64,000 nucleotides of DNA from Octopus sinensis. Lineage: Eukaryota. Made by a program: the position numbers and the translations under genes. Each line of letters begins with the position of its first letter. The first letter of the stretch is position 1. Under the pieces are notes generated by a model that saw only the letters and a list, made by a program, of their open reading frames with translations, was not told the origin of the DNA and did no database searches. Where the stretch lies: positions 6,758,001-6,822,000 of the forward strand of contig NC_043022.1 of NCBI RefSeq assembly GCF_006345805.1, in the 5' to 3' direction. Positions 24,916-37,238 of this stretch are shown in pieces.

Positions 24916-26236
24916 GTAAGACTTAGCATCTCTCCTTTTTGCTGTCTATTTTATTATTATGCTTCAGGCAATAAACTGACCACATGGTCAGCGCACTGGA
25001 CATCAGGCTCTGTGGCATTTCGTCTGGCTTTATGTTCTGGCAAAGTTGCATTTGCCTTCGTGCCGGTGACACGTAAAAGCACCATCCGTTTCGTGGCCGT
25101 TTGCCAGCTCAGTCTGGCCCCCATGTTGGTGACACGTAAAAGCACCATCCGTTCGTGTCTGTTGCCAGCCTCGCCTGGCCCCCGTGCCGGTGACACGTAA
25201 AAGCACCATCCGTTCGTGGCCGTTTGCCAGCTCTGTCTGGCACCTGTGCGAGTGGCACGTAAAAAGCACCCACTACACTCACGGAGTGGTTGGCATTAGG
25301 AAGGGCATCCAGTCGTAGAAACACTTCCAAATCTGACTGGGCCTGATGCAGCCTTCTGGCTTCACAGATCCCAGTTGAACCGTCCAACCCATGCTAGCAT
25401 GGAGAACGGACGCTAAATGATGATGATGATGATGATGATTGTTGTGGGGCAGGGGTGTGGCAATGAAATAGGTACCAGTTACACATTGGGGTCGATCTAA
25501 TTGATTAGCCCCCTCCCCCAAAATTTCAGGCCTTTCATTAGAAAGGGTTATTAAAGCAGGCAGCAGGCAGAATTGTTAGCACACCAGACAAAATGCTTGA
25601 ATGGCATTTCATCTGTTCCTCCATTCTGTGTTCAAATTCAGCTTTGCCTTTTCATCCTTTCAACTCAATGAAATAAGTACCAGTCATGCACTTGGGTCAA
25701 TCTAACCAACGAGCCACATCTCCCAAAATTTCAGGCCTTGAGCCTCTATAATAGAAAAGATTATTAAGTTGGTGGGCAGGGCAGAATCTGCATCTCACTG
25801 GACAAAATGCTTAGCAGCCTTTCTTACGTTCTGAGTTCAAATAGCAGTGAAGTGTACTTTGCTTTTCATTCTTTTGAGGTTGATAAATTAAGTAACAATT
25901 GAGCACTGGGGTTGATTACATCCCCCTGTGCTCCCTGCAAATTTTGGCATTATGCCTACGTCTTCATCTTGAAGACTCCTGATGGATCAGGGGCTTCCCT
26001 TGTCTAGCAGTGTACTGCTGTACATTAAGACAGCTGGTTGTAGGAGAGAAGTGTGGACGGCTGGATAATAGTAGGCACAGGAGTGGCTGTGTGGTAAGTA
26101 GCTTGCTTCCCAATGACATGGTCCTGAGTTCAGTCCTACTACATGGTACCTTGGGCAAATGTCTTCTACTATAGCCTTGGGCTGACCAAAGCATTGAGTA
26201 GATTTGATAGACAGAAACTAGAAGAAGCTTGTTGTT

Positions 26237-26325
<89 letters not shown>

Positions 26326-26728
26326 CTGCGTATATGTTTGCCCCTCCCCCCCATCGCTTGACAACCGATGCTGGTGTGTTTACATCCCCGTAACTTAGCA
26401 GTTCAGCAAAAATGACCAATAGAATAGGTACTAGGCTTACAAAGAATAACCTCTGGGGTCAATTTGCTTGACTTAAAGGCGGTGCTCCAGCATGGCTGCA
26501 GTCAAATGACTGAAACGAGTAAAAGAAGTTGCTTGCTTTTAGTGATCCTGAAAAGAGAAAGATGTGGAGAATGAATGGGATAGAAGGAGTCTCTCTCGTA
26601 CGAACCCAACAGAGGGACCAGCTATCCTAGTGGACAGCAGCATGGTAGATAAGACAAAGATAATGAAACAAGGAAAGTCCCTGGTTCATCTGGGGTCACT
26701 AGTGAGATCCTGAAAATATTGGGTAAGG

Positions 26729-26895
26729 TAGGCGCAGGAGTGGCTGTGTGGTAAGTAGCTTGCTAACCAACCACATGGTTCCGGGTTCAGTCCCACTGCG
26801 TGGTATCTTGGGCAAGTGTCTTCTGCTATAACCCCGGGCCGACCAATGCCTTGTGAGTGGATTTGGTAGACGGAAACTGAAAGAAGCCTGTCGTA

Positions 26896-26958
<63 letters not shown>

Positions 26959-27177
26959 TTGTGTGTCTGTGTTTGTCCCCCTAGCATTGCTTGACAACCG
27001 ATGCTGGTGTGTTTACGTCCCCGTCACTTAGCGGTTCGGCAAAAGAGACCGATAGAATAAGTACTGGGCTTACAAAGAATAAGTCCCGGGGTCGATTTGC
27101 TCGACTAAAAGGCGGTGCTCCAGCATGGCCGCAGTCAAAATGACTGAAACATGTAAAAGAGTAAAGAGTAAAAGAGT
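26729..27177 (+). mobile_element. tRNA-head SINE family B with internal (TA/TG)n and (GAGTAAA)n tail (other copies 7795-8196 -, 19111-19494 -, 21775-22184 -, 26072-26526 +, 35226-35621 +, 56863-57275 +, split copy 45751-45952/49409-49569 -)
   Basis: A-box-like tggctgtgtggtaag and B-box-like gggttcagtccc; multiple ~400-bp homologous copies. Confidence 0.85.
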
Positions 27178-27415
27178 AGTCTCCTGCATGGTTAAAACCA
27201 GGTTCTTGAGGAAGGCATTGTCCCCAGTGACTGGTCTAGCAGCATCACAATCTGCTGCTACTAGGGCGAGGGAGAAATCTTTAATAGATGTAATTATAGA
27301 GGCATCAAATTACTGCACAACAATGGTAGAGTGTGATTTGGCTGCTATTTTTAGTATTCTAATTGACTAATTGGAGGTTCTGTTGTTGGCTTATTGTTGT
27401 TCTCTATGTTTATAG

Positions 27416-27601
27416 GAAGTGAGTGTTGGGCCAGAGGAAGTAACTAATGTCACACAGGAAGTGGATGTTGCTATGACAACTAGCTTGCAGCCAGAGGTGG
27501 AAGTTGCTCCAGCCATGCCTGCCCCTGCACCAATGATGGAATCTACATCCCATGACCTTCCTCCAGTGAGCGAAACCCTGTCCCAGCCAGCTACGAATGA
27601 G
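27416..27601 (+). CDS. AHCTF1: ELYS exon L
   Basis: tttatag| ... gag|gtatga. 62 codons, EVSVGPEEVTNV...QPATNE. Phase 0 to 0. Confidence 0.75.
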
Positions 27602-27959
27602 GTATGAACTTAACCTGTTGTTATTGTTTGAGCTCTTGTAGTCCAATCGTGACCACCTCATCTTTATTCAGCCATCATCTAATGTGGTTACTGCTCCATA
27701 TAAAATGCTGAGATATAATTTAAGATACATGTGGCTGCTATTTCTGGCAAGTGGAACAACCATATGCAGGCTTCCTCGTTGGTTGTCAGTCTGTGGAATT
27801 AGTAGAAGAGAGGACACAATACCTTGTGTTATTTAATTTAGTCTATTTACATGATACTTATTTTGAGTTCAAATCCCTCAGCAATTGCACACCTGTGACA
27901 CGTGACTCAAATGACCTCTTCAGTCACACACACACTGATGATGATGATATCTGTGTTAA

Positions 27960-28180
27960 GGCGGCGAGCTGGCAGAAACGTTAGCACGCCGGGCGAAATA
28001 CGTAGCCGTATTTCGTCTGCAGTTACGTTCCGAGTTCAAATTCCGCCAAGGTCGACTTTGCCTTTTATCCTTTCGGGGTCGATAAATCAAGTACCAGTTA
28101 CGCACTGGGGTCGATGTAATCGACTTAATCCGTCTGTCTGTCCCCTCTATGTTTAGCCCCTTGTGGGTAATAAAGAAACA
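27960..28180 (+). mobile_element. tRNA-head SINE family A (other copies 627-858 +, 8514-8740 +, 14571-14785 -, 33057-33288 +, 50659-50817 -, 51557-51788 +, 60556-60791 -)
   Basis: Conserved ggcggcgagctggcagaaacgttagc...gagttcaaattcc head. TSDs: gatatctgtgttaa(gg) here, ggtacttatttta at 51541/51789, attaaagaataaacc at 60541/60792. Confidence 0.85.
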
Positions 28181-28416
28181 GATATCTGTGTTAAGGTTTA
28201 GGCCTTAAAACACGTGGCTCCTACTTTCACAACATAAAGGAGTTTATTGTGGGTTTATTGGGGAGGGTACTGAACAGGTCAAGGGATTATGTAGAAGCCT
28301 CAGGTCAGCCTTGATGAAACAGACCCTTTAATTGAAGGTGTTCAGTTCTGGGGTGATAGCCAGTAAGATTTTTCTTTATGTTCTTTTAATCATTCTTTTC
28401 TTTTCTTTAATTTCAG

Positions 28417-29206
28417 ACTCCCTCTGTGTTTCCAGCAACCAAGACCCCTTCCAGGAGAAGAGCATCTCAGTCCCGCAGAAATAAAACGACAGAGCTTGGG
28501 AAGTTTTCTGTAAGAGAGGAAACATCCCAGATGGAAGTGGAGAGTAAAGATAAAGGAGTCGAGGTGGCTGACGAAAAGGCAACGGAGGAGGAAGTGAAGC
28601 ACACAAGCTCTATCACAGCCTCACAATCTACCCCTGACATTGAGTTTACACACACTTCGAGAAAGAGAGCCAGCAAAACGCCTGCTGTTGTTGCAGAGTC
28701 TGTGAGTAAGGGACCAGGATCAGTTGGGGAAGAGATGCAGTCAGAGAGCAACGAGGAAGCTGACCAAAGCTCCAGTCAGTTACCCATGAGGGTTTTGAGG
28801 AGCAGCACTTTGAATAGGAAAGCCAAAATAGAGACACCACCTCCGACGCCGACTCGTAAAAGTTTTCCTTCAGCTCCACAAAAGAGTTTCATTGCTCAAT
28901 CGTCTGCCCGAAGAAAAACATTTGTGGAGGAGAGCCCCACCCTTGTGTATATCAAGTCCAAAACACAGAGTATGATGGAAGTCTCTTTACAAGAGAGACC
29001 TGGTCGAATAGGTACCTCTGTAATTCCTACAGACCTGGGATCATCTGCGGAAGGGGAGTCAGAATCGTCTCTTCTCACTCCTTCCCCCTCCAGAAGAAGG
29101 AGAACTTTGGACAGAGGACATAAAACTCGTTCAAGTCAACGAATTTCAACACAGAAAGTTGTTTCTGAATCCTTTATTGAAAGTCCTCATCCAGTTGTAG
29201 CTGAAG
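28417..29206 (+). CDS. AHCTF1: ELYS exon M (basic, S/T-P-rich)
   Basis: tttcag| ... gaag|gtaatt. Encodes TPSVFPATKTPSRRRASQSRR...SPSRRRRTLDRGHKTRSSQR. Phase 0 to 1. Confidence 0.8.
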
Positions 29207-29384
29207 GTAATTAGAGATATTTTTCTTGACTCAAGTGGGTTTGATGTTGCTGCAAATTTTAGCATTTACATTTTGTTATTTTCTTATTTCCTTCTTTTCT
29301 TCTCTGCTTTCTCTCCTTCCCAAGTTTATTGTAGACAAATCCCTGTTAAACTTGTCTTCCATCAATTGAAACCATGAAGAGGAG

Positions 29385-29813
29385 GTTGCTAATGTCATTT
29401 ATTGCTCCCTAATGTAGGTTGCTAATGTCATTTATTGCTCCCTAATGTAGGTTGCTAATGTCATTTATTGCTCCCTAATGTAGGTTGCTAATGTCATTTA
29501 TTGCTCCCTAATGTAGGTTGCTAATGTCATTTATTGCTCCCTAATGTAGGTTGCTAATGTCATTTATTGCTCCCTAATGTAGGTTACTAATGTCATTTAT
29601 TGCTCCCTAATGTAGGTTGCTAATGTCATTTATTGCTCCCTAATGTAGGTTGCTAATGTCATTTATTGCTCCCTAATGTAGGTTGCTAATGTCATTTATT
29701 GCTCCCTAATGTAGGTTGCTAATGTCATTTATTGCTCCCTAATGTAGGTTGCTAATATCATTTATTGCTCCCTAATGTAGGTTGCTAATGTCATTTATTG
29801 CTCCCTAATGTAG
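29385..29813. repeat. 33-bp minisatellite, 13 copies
   Basis: Unit gttgctaatgtcatttattgctccctaatgtag; 429 bp = 13 x 33, with only two single-base variants. Confidence 0.95.
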
Positions 29814-30095
29814 TACAGGAGAGAAACATGGGTGATAAGCAAAAGGGGATTAGCCACCTGTGGCCTTCACATCCCCAAATGGGGTACATTTTATTTTTCA
29901 TTCTGTAGGGTACCGTTTGTACCCTTTGATTACACCAAGCATCTTTTCTTTTTACCTCTAAAAGTCAGGCAAGGAACTTGTTTGTGGTTGTTTGATCTGC
30001 TAGAAATAGCAGCTACGTTACTATGAAATTTCATGCCCTACCACCTTAGAAATGAAAGGAGTCATTGGATGATGTAAATCTACATCTATTTAAAA

Positions 30096-30517
30096 CTAGC
30101 AGCATAGCCCGGCATTGCCCGGGTATGTAAGAGCCCCTAGTAGGCAACGACTAATCCCAATCTAGTCCTTTCCCTCTAGGGAACGAAGACGCATGTGTAG
30201 GTTGCAATGTCTTCTCTTCACTCGAATACTTCTGTGTATACGATGTTCCTAGCTGTCCCTAGCTGTTGAGTTGTGTCCCCTAGACAGAAAATGTGTTGCA
30301 TATAAAAAGCTTAGATTCTCGACCCCGTGTCGAATTTATCGATTTTTTTTCAGAACTGGGGGAACTTTTCAAAATTTTCGCTGCGTTAGTTTTGAATTAT
30401 GACATTGGGCTATGAGTGTGTCAAGTTTCATCAGAATCGGTTGAAAGCCGTGGTCAGAGTGAGGGTACAACCTGACAGACACACAGACAGACAAACTGCC
30501 GTTTATATATAGAGAGA
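30096..30517 (-). mobile_element. Non-autonomous Helitron, variant A-Y
   Basis: Reverse-complement copy of 13716-14126. Confidence 0.8.
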
Positions 30518-30893
30518 TAGAAGGGATGGTCGTGGCTGGAACATGTATAATTATAGATCTCCTCAGCTAAGGCTGATGTCACACTAAAATTAATCTCATC
30601 TTTCTTTTCTTCTCTTTACCATTGATAGTTTAGTTAATATTAATGAAGATGAGAATGATTAGTTCCAGGTGAACCTCAAAAGGCATTCTTTCTCTTTTGA
30701 AGATTCTCAGCTAATCCAGACCCCTTATATATTTTTAGGCTTTTATTTTTCTATCTTTATATTCTTCTCATCTAACTCTTAATATAAATATGTGGTTATT
30801 TGAATGGAATAATACCTCATGTCATACATCTGAATTACGAATTTGCTTGTCTGAATGTTTAAGACAAATATATGAAATTTTTTATTGTATACC

Positions 30894-30898
<5 letters not shown>

Positions 30899-30935
<37 letters not shown>

Positions 30936-30947
30936 ATATATATATAC

Positions 30948-31021
<74 letters not shown>

Positions 31022-31209
31022 ATATATATATATGTGTGTGTGTGTGTATATATAGATATATGTGTGTGTGTGGTGTGTGTATATATAGATATATGTGTGT
31101 GTGTGTGTATATATATATGTGTGTGTGTGTGTGTATATATATGTGTGTGTGTGTGTATATATACGTGTGTGTGTGTGTATATACATATATGTGTGTGTGT
31201 ATATACATA

Positions 31210-31254
<45 letters not shown>

Positions 31255-31289
31255 ATATACATATGTGTGTGTGTGTGTGTATATATATA
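30899..31289. repeat. Compound (TA)n/(TG)n microsatellite
   Basis: Direct inspection; source of many spurious YI/CV/HT ORFs. Confidence 0.95.
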
Positions 31290-31649
31290 TCTCTCTATAT
31301 AAACGGCAGTTTGTCTGTGCGTTTTCTGTGTGTCTGTTTTCTCGTACCCTCACTCTGACCACGGCTTTCAACCGATTCTGATGAAACTTGACACACACAT
31401 AGCCCAATGTCATAATTCAAAACTAACGCAGCGAAAATTTTGAAAAGTTCCCCCAGTTCTGAAAAAAATCGATAAATTCGACATGGGGTCGAGAATCATA
31501 AACCCAAACCACAGACCTTTTTTAACTCTCAAAAAAAATTTACCATCGTTTTTTTTCCATTTTTTTGCTATTTTTTGGCTATAACTCTCTAAAAATGCTT
31601 TATAGTTATTTCCCTTACAAACCTGAGCAACGCCGGGCGATACTGCTAG
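31290..31649 (+). mobile_element. Non-autonomous Helitron, variant A-X, inserted in a microsatellite
   Basis: A|TC...CTAG|T termini; family sequence. Confidence 0.85.
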
Positions 31650-31673
31650 TATATATATATATACATACATATA

Positions 31674-31705
<32 letters not shown>

Positions 31706-31713
31706 CATATATA

Positions 31714-31769
<56 letters not shown>

Positions 31770-31885
31770 TATATATGTATATATATATACACATATATAT
31801 ATACAGTCTGTCAAATATTTATGTTTTGGGATGGGTGAGTGTTTATACATAAATTACAGGCTTCTTTCTGTTGTGTTCTTTAAAG

Positions 31886-32201
31886 ACTCACCAAAAATCT
31901 CGATAGAACCGGAGCCGATGACAACCTCCAAGCCGATGAGCAGTCAGCAGAAACCTCAGAAAAGATCAACAAAGAATCGATCATTCGTGACACCGGCGGC
32001 CACGCCAACGACCCGTCTGCGACAGACGAGTCCCAAGAAAGACTTAGATAATAATAATACAAACACAAAAGAGGCTGAGCCAGTTTCTAAATCACCGGAG
32101 AAAGATAAACTTTATTCTGCATCCGTACTTCTTCCAGTGATGCCAGACATTCCTCCTTTGGCTGCTGAGCTGCAAACCCCAATTAGGGTTAGATCTACAA
32201 G
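31886..32201 (+). CDS. AHCTF1: ELYS exon N
   Basis: ctttaaag| ... caag|gtcagt. Encodes DSPKISIEPEP...LQTPIRVRST. Phase 1 to 2. Confidence 0.75.
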
Positions 32202-33849
32202 GTCAGTACTTACAACACCATCTTATGTCGTTAAACGCTTCGTTATTTCCGTTTTGCATTCGAATTACTCTGTCAAGTGAAATAGTTTTCCACTCAAATT
32301 GTTTAGAATTAAACATTCATTTTCTCATAGCTTTGAGATTTCAATGATGTGATTGTTTATTTTCAAAATTGGAAGCACTCCGTCGGTTACGACGACGAGG
32401 GTTCCGGTTGATCCGAATCAACGGAACAGCCTGCTCGTGAAATTAACGTGTAAGTGGCTGAGCACTCCACAGACACGTGTACCCTTAACTTAGTTCTCGG
32501 GGATATTCAGCGTGACACAGAGAGTGACAAGGCCGGCCCCTTGAAATACAGGTACAACAGAAACAGGAAGTAAGAGTGAGAGAAAGTTGTGGTGAAAGAG
32601 TACAGCAGGGATCATCACCATCCCCTGCCAGAGCCTCGTGGAGCTTTTAGGTGTTTTTGCTCAATAAACACTCACAACGCCTGGTCTGGGAATCGAAACC
32701 GCGAGTCAGCTGCCCTAACCACTGGGCCATTTTCAAAATAACATTGTAGGGTTGGTGTGAGAGGCCAGATCTGGTTGGTTTGAACATGAAACAAGAAAAC
32801 TATATAAGAGTTAGATTCAACCTTTCAACATTTGGATTAACTCTGTCAAATGTGACCCATGTTTATTCACATTGTCTTGAATGCTTAACGTCATAGCTTT
32901 GAAATTTCAGTGATGTGTTTGTTTATTTTTAGAATGACATTGTAGGGTAAGAGGGAGAGGTCAGACCTGGCTGGTTTGAACATGAAACTGATAGTCAGTT
33001 TAAATGGCAAAGAGTTAACATTTGTTGGGTGGCTGCACCAAGTTGAGGGTATGTAAGGCGGCGAACTGGCAGAAACGTTAGCACGCCGGGCGAAATGCGT
33101 AGCCGTATTTCGTCTGCCGTTACGTTCTGTGTTCAAATTCCGCCGAGGTCGACTTTGCCTTTCATCTTTTCGGGGTCGATAAATTAAGTACCAGTTACAC
33201 TCTGGGGTTGATATAATCGACTTAATCCGTCTGTCTGTCCTTGTTTGTCCTCTCTGTGTTTAGCCCCTTGTGGGTAATAAAGAAATAGGTATTTAAGGGG
33301 AGTTGTTGTGTCTTATACGCACACGCTCCTTTTGTTTGCTCAACAACTTCATTAGCATGAAACAGAAGAGGCAACTGGAGATTTTTTTTTCTTTTTAAAA
33401 TACGCATTTTTCTATGTTCAAACTGGTCAGATCCTGTCTCTCACACCTACCCTACAATGTCTTTATAAAAATGAACAGTAACATCATTGAAATCTTTGAG
33501 GCTCTAATGTAATGCATAATTAATTGAAAACATGTAAAAGCACTTGTGTGGTGTGGAGTAAAAGCCCCCAGCATGCTCTGTAAAGTGGGTGGCATGTTAG
33601 GAAGGGCATCCAGCTGTAGAAACCAGGCTAAATAAGAGTGGAATCTGGTGCAGCTTGCCATCTCTGGGCAAACCGTCCGACCCATGATGATGATAATGGA
33701 TGTAAACAAATAAGCATTACCTCTGACAGAATAATCTCCCTCACTTGAAATGGGATTCTGTTTTTTGGGTAACATTACTTGAAAAGATTACAATCTCACT
33801 TTGTTTCTGCCTTCTAACACATTTGTCTCTTTCTCTCGGTATTTTTCAG

Positions 33850-34054
33850 AAGGAAAGCCTATTTGGTGAAGCCAGTCGACAGTCCTATAAATTTTCTCAG
33901 CCCCGGCCCATCCAAACCTACCCCACAAAGGTCAGACTCCAACAAGACAAAAACTACCCGTAAACCTTCGCCTGATCGGACTCCAAACCAGCAGCCATTT
34001 CATGGCATGGTGCTCAGGTCTAGAGCAGCCCCAGTTAAAAAACGAAAGTTATGA
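33850..34054 (+). CDS. AHCTF1: ELYS terminal coding exon O (stop TGA 34052-34054)
   Basis: atttttcag|. Encodes RKAYLVKPVDSPINFLSPGPS...GMVLRSRAAPVKKRKL*. Phase 2 entry fits exon N. Confidence 0.8.
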
Positions 34055-34725
34055 TAGCTATTATTAATTAACTGATTAATTAAATAGACTCAATCAAATT
34101 CCAGTCTGGGGGAATGAAATGCAAAGTGTTCTTCTAGGATTGGTTGATTGTGCTTGTTGTTGTTGTTGAGTTGAAATTCGCTGCCAGGGACAACTTCGAT
34201 TGATGACAGCGATGTGGTTGTTAAATGTACCAGTCATACACTGGGGGTTGGGTCACACAGACACACAACAGACTGCACTCCACTTCCTTGTGGCCATGGG
34301 TCAATGTAAAAATTTCACATTGTATCAATAACAATAAAAATAACGATAATAATAACAAGAATAAGAATAATGTTGGTGATGATAACAGTCCAGCTTGGAG
34401 TCTTTGCCTTTCACGTGTGATGTCAATGGTACCAGTAATAAACTGGATACATTGTGTTGATGTCCTCTGGTTCAAGGAAGTTGTTCTGCCCACCTGTAAG
34501 AAAAGGTCCCCTGACCACAGGACTCGATCCTGGTTGTATTTAATTCTTTTTGTTTTATTCTTTTTACTTTTTTTTTTTAGCTTCACACATCAGTTTCATG
34601 TTCAAATCACACAGGAGGAACCTTGACATTTGAGTCTGGCCAGCTCCTGCTAACCAGCTCCATGTCAAACAGTCCAACCCATGGTGATGATGATATGATG
34701 ATATATATATGTGTATATATGTATG

Positions 34726-34764
<39 letters not shown>

Positions 34765-37238
34765 GTATATATATGTATATGTATATATATTGTATAGTTA
34801 TTTATATTTATATATACTATAATTATATATGTATATAACATGAAGAAATATATTTTAATCTAGAGATAGTAGACCCCTACATCTCACCAAATAAAAAGAA
34901 TTTTTATTTTTATTTTAAATACCTACTGTTTTGTTACTTGGCAACACGTGTTTCGTGAGGTACATCCTCAGGTTCCTAAACCACTCCGTGTTTCCCTGGA
35001 ACCCCTCTCGAGATGTGACCCCAATCATCAGGCCCTTATAGAACTTTATCAACGTTCAACACGATAAACTATATTTTAATTTTTTTAAACCCTTAAGTAT
35101 GTGTAAAATAGGTATGTTTAAATTAGTTTCGCTAGACTCTACAGTACAAGCCATAATTCAGATGAAATAAGGTAAGGAATAAAAATCAGAAAGAAAAATA
35201 CGAAAATTTACAAAAACTATGTTAGTAGGAGTGGCTGTGTGGTAAGTAGCTTGCTAACCAACCACATGGTTCCGGGTTCAGTCCCACTGCATGGCATCTT
35301 GGGCAAGTGTCTTCTACTATAGCCTCGGGCCGACCAATGCCTTGTGAGTGGATTTGGTAGACGGAAACTGAAAGAAGCCTGTCGTATATATGTATATATA
35401 TATATGAATGTGTGTGTGTCTGTGTTTGTTCCCCTAGCATTGCTTGACAACTGATGCTGGTGTGTTTACGTCCCCGTCACTTAGCGGTTCGGCAAAAGAG
35501 ACCGATAGAATAAGTACTGGGCTTACAAAAAGAATAAGTCCCGGGGTCGATTTGCTCGACTAAAGGCGGTGCTCCAGCATGGCCGCAGTCAAATGACTGA
35601 AACAAGTAAAAGAGTAAGAGTAATATATAAAAAAAAATGTGAATAAAAAGGAAAAGGAATAGCAAGAAAAAATAGATACGAATAAAAGTTAATAAAGATG
35701 GCGGCAATGACGGAAAGATAATCTACCTGTATAAAAGAGGAAAAGAACTTGACACTTTGGCTTTGGTAAGGATTCAATGGCACTAGACGTGCTAGGATTG
35801 AGCTGAAAATTGGCAGGGATACTAAATGCGTGTTGAGGATCCGACCTGCGATGGTTAAAGTTTGCAAGCTATAAAGATGTGGTTGCTGTGGCAAAGCGAG
35901 TGAAAATTGACAAGTGTTTGTTGTTCCTCTCTAATGGTTATTACCCTTTCTTCTTCCATCTCTCTCTTTGCCCCCCTCCCTCCTCGTTATCTCTCTAACG
36001 GCTTTTCACAGCTTCTACTCACTCTCTTTCCCTCTCTGTATTCGCTCTCTCTCTGTCGCTCTTTCTACCCTAGCCTCTCTCTCTCTCTCTCTCTCTCTGG
36101 CAAACGTTTCTAATGGAATCCCTCCGCCAACATACTTAACTTCTCTAGGTCTGACTTACATGGGCATATTAGTTGGACTTTAGGGGTCTCCATAGAAGTT
36201 ATCTTTATGGTCTTTTAGTGTTATTCTTGTATATAACACAATCATGTATATATGTGTGTGTATATATATATATATCATATATAATTATACACATAAACAC
36301 ATACATATACACTAATATTTATATATTTCGTGTGTGTGTGTATGGTTTACTTTTGTTTGAAGTAAAGAAAAATCTGATTTAAAATTTTCATTTCCTTGGA
36401 TTGAAATGTTTTAGGCGTTTGATTGAAAGTCTTGCTTCATTGGTTGTCGTTTCGGTCTGCCGGAGACTGCAGAGAAGCCTTGTGCTCGTGGTCTGCTGTA
36501 GATTTGGTCTTTAGTTGACACTAGACTAAAATTCCGTTTGAGACTGCAGGGAGTTTTTATGCTCTTGGTCTTTAGTTTCCTGCAGACCAAAGTCTGTCTG
36601 ACCCTGGAGGGCCTTCAGAATTCTGTATATTTAACTTGATGGCTGATACAATGAAAGCTTGATTCTCAATTGTAGACCAGCCTATCATGTATTGGACAGA
36701 GATGGTGTTTAGTTGTCGTCCCCCCCAACGCTAAACAATGTTGCACAAGTCTATATATACACTCATATATAATTTTAAAAATTATTTTACTTTAGTGTTA
36801 ATGTATATAAGCATGTGTGTATGTATATACACACATACAAACTCACACACACATGTACATAGTATAAGATTATTCTTTATCCAAAATACTGAAATCTGAA
36901 AATCTCAAACGAGCAAAACATCACAAATTGAAAATTCTCCCCCAAAATGGCTCGGAATTTTACTTCCACAAAATTAAATTTTTAAAAGGGATTTTACTGA
37001 TTTCATTTAGTTTTAAAACGTCCCAACAGTGGGAAATACGTTTCTGAGAAATAATCTTGTCTCTTTAGATCTTTTTTTATAAATGCTTCAATACTTATTT
37101 CAATATTCTAGAAAGAATCATTTATCATTTCCACTTTTGTAAAATTGGTTTTCACTTGGATTTGCCAGAAACACTTAATTAATATGCAAAGTTAATGATT
37201 CCAATCTTGTGTTGCTCCTGGAATCGTTGAGTATTTAA

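Noticed and set aside
30779-31850. Many ORFs of YI/CV/HT dipeptides (also 25964-26419, 34623-34838, 51032-51504)
   Set aside because: Translations of (TA)n/(TG)n/(CT)n microsatellites.
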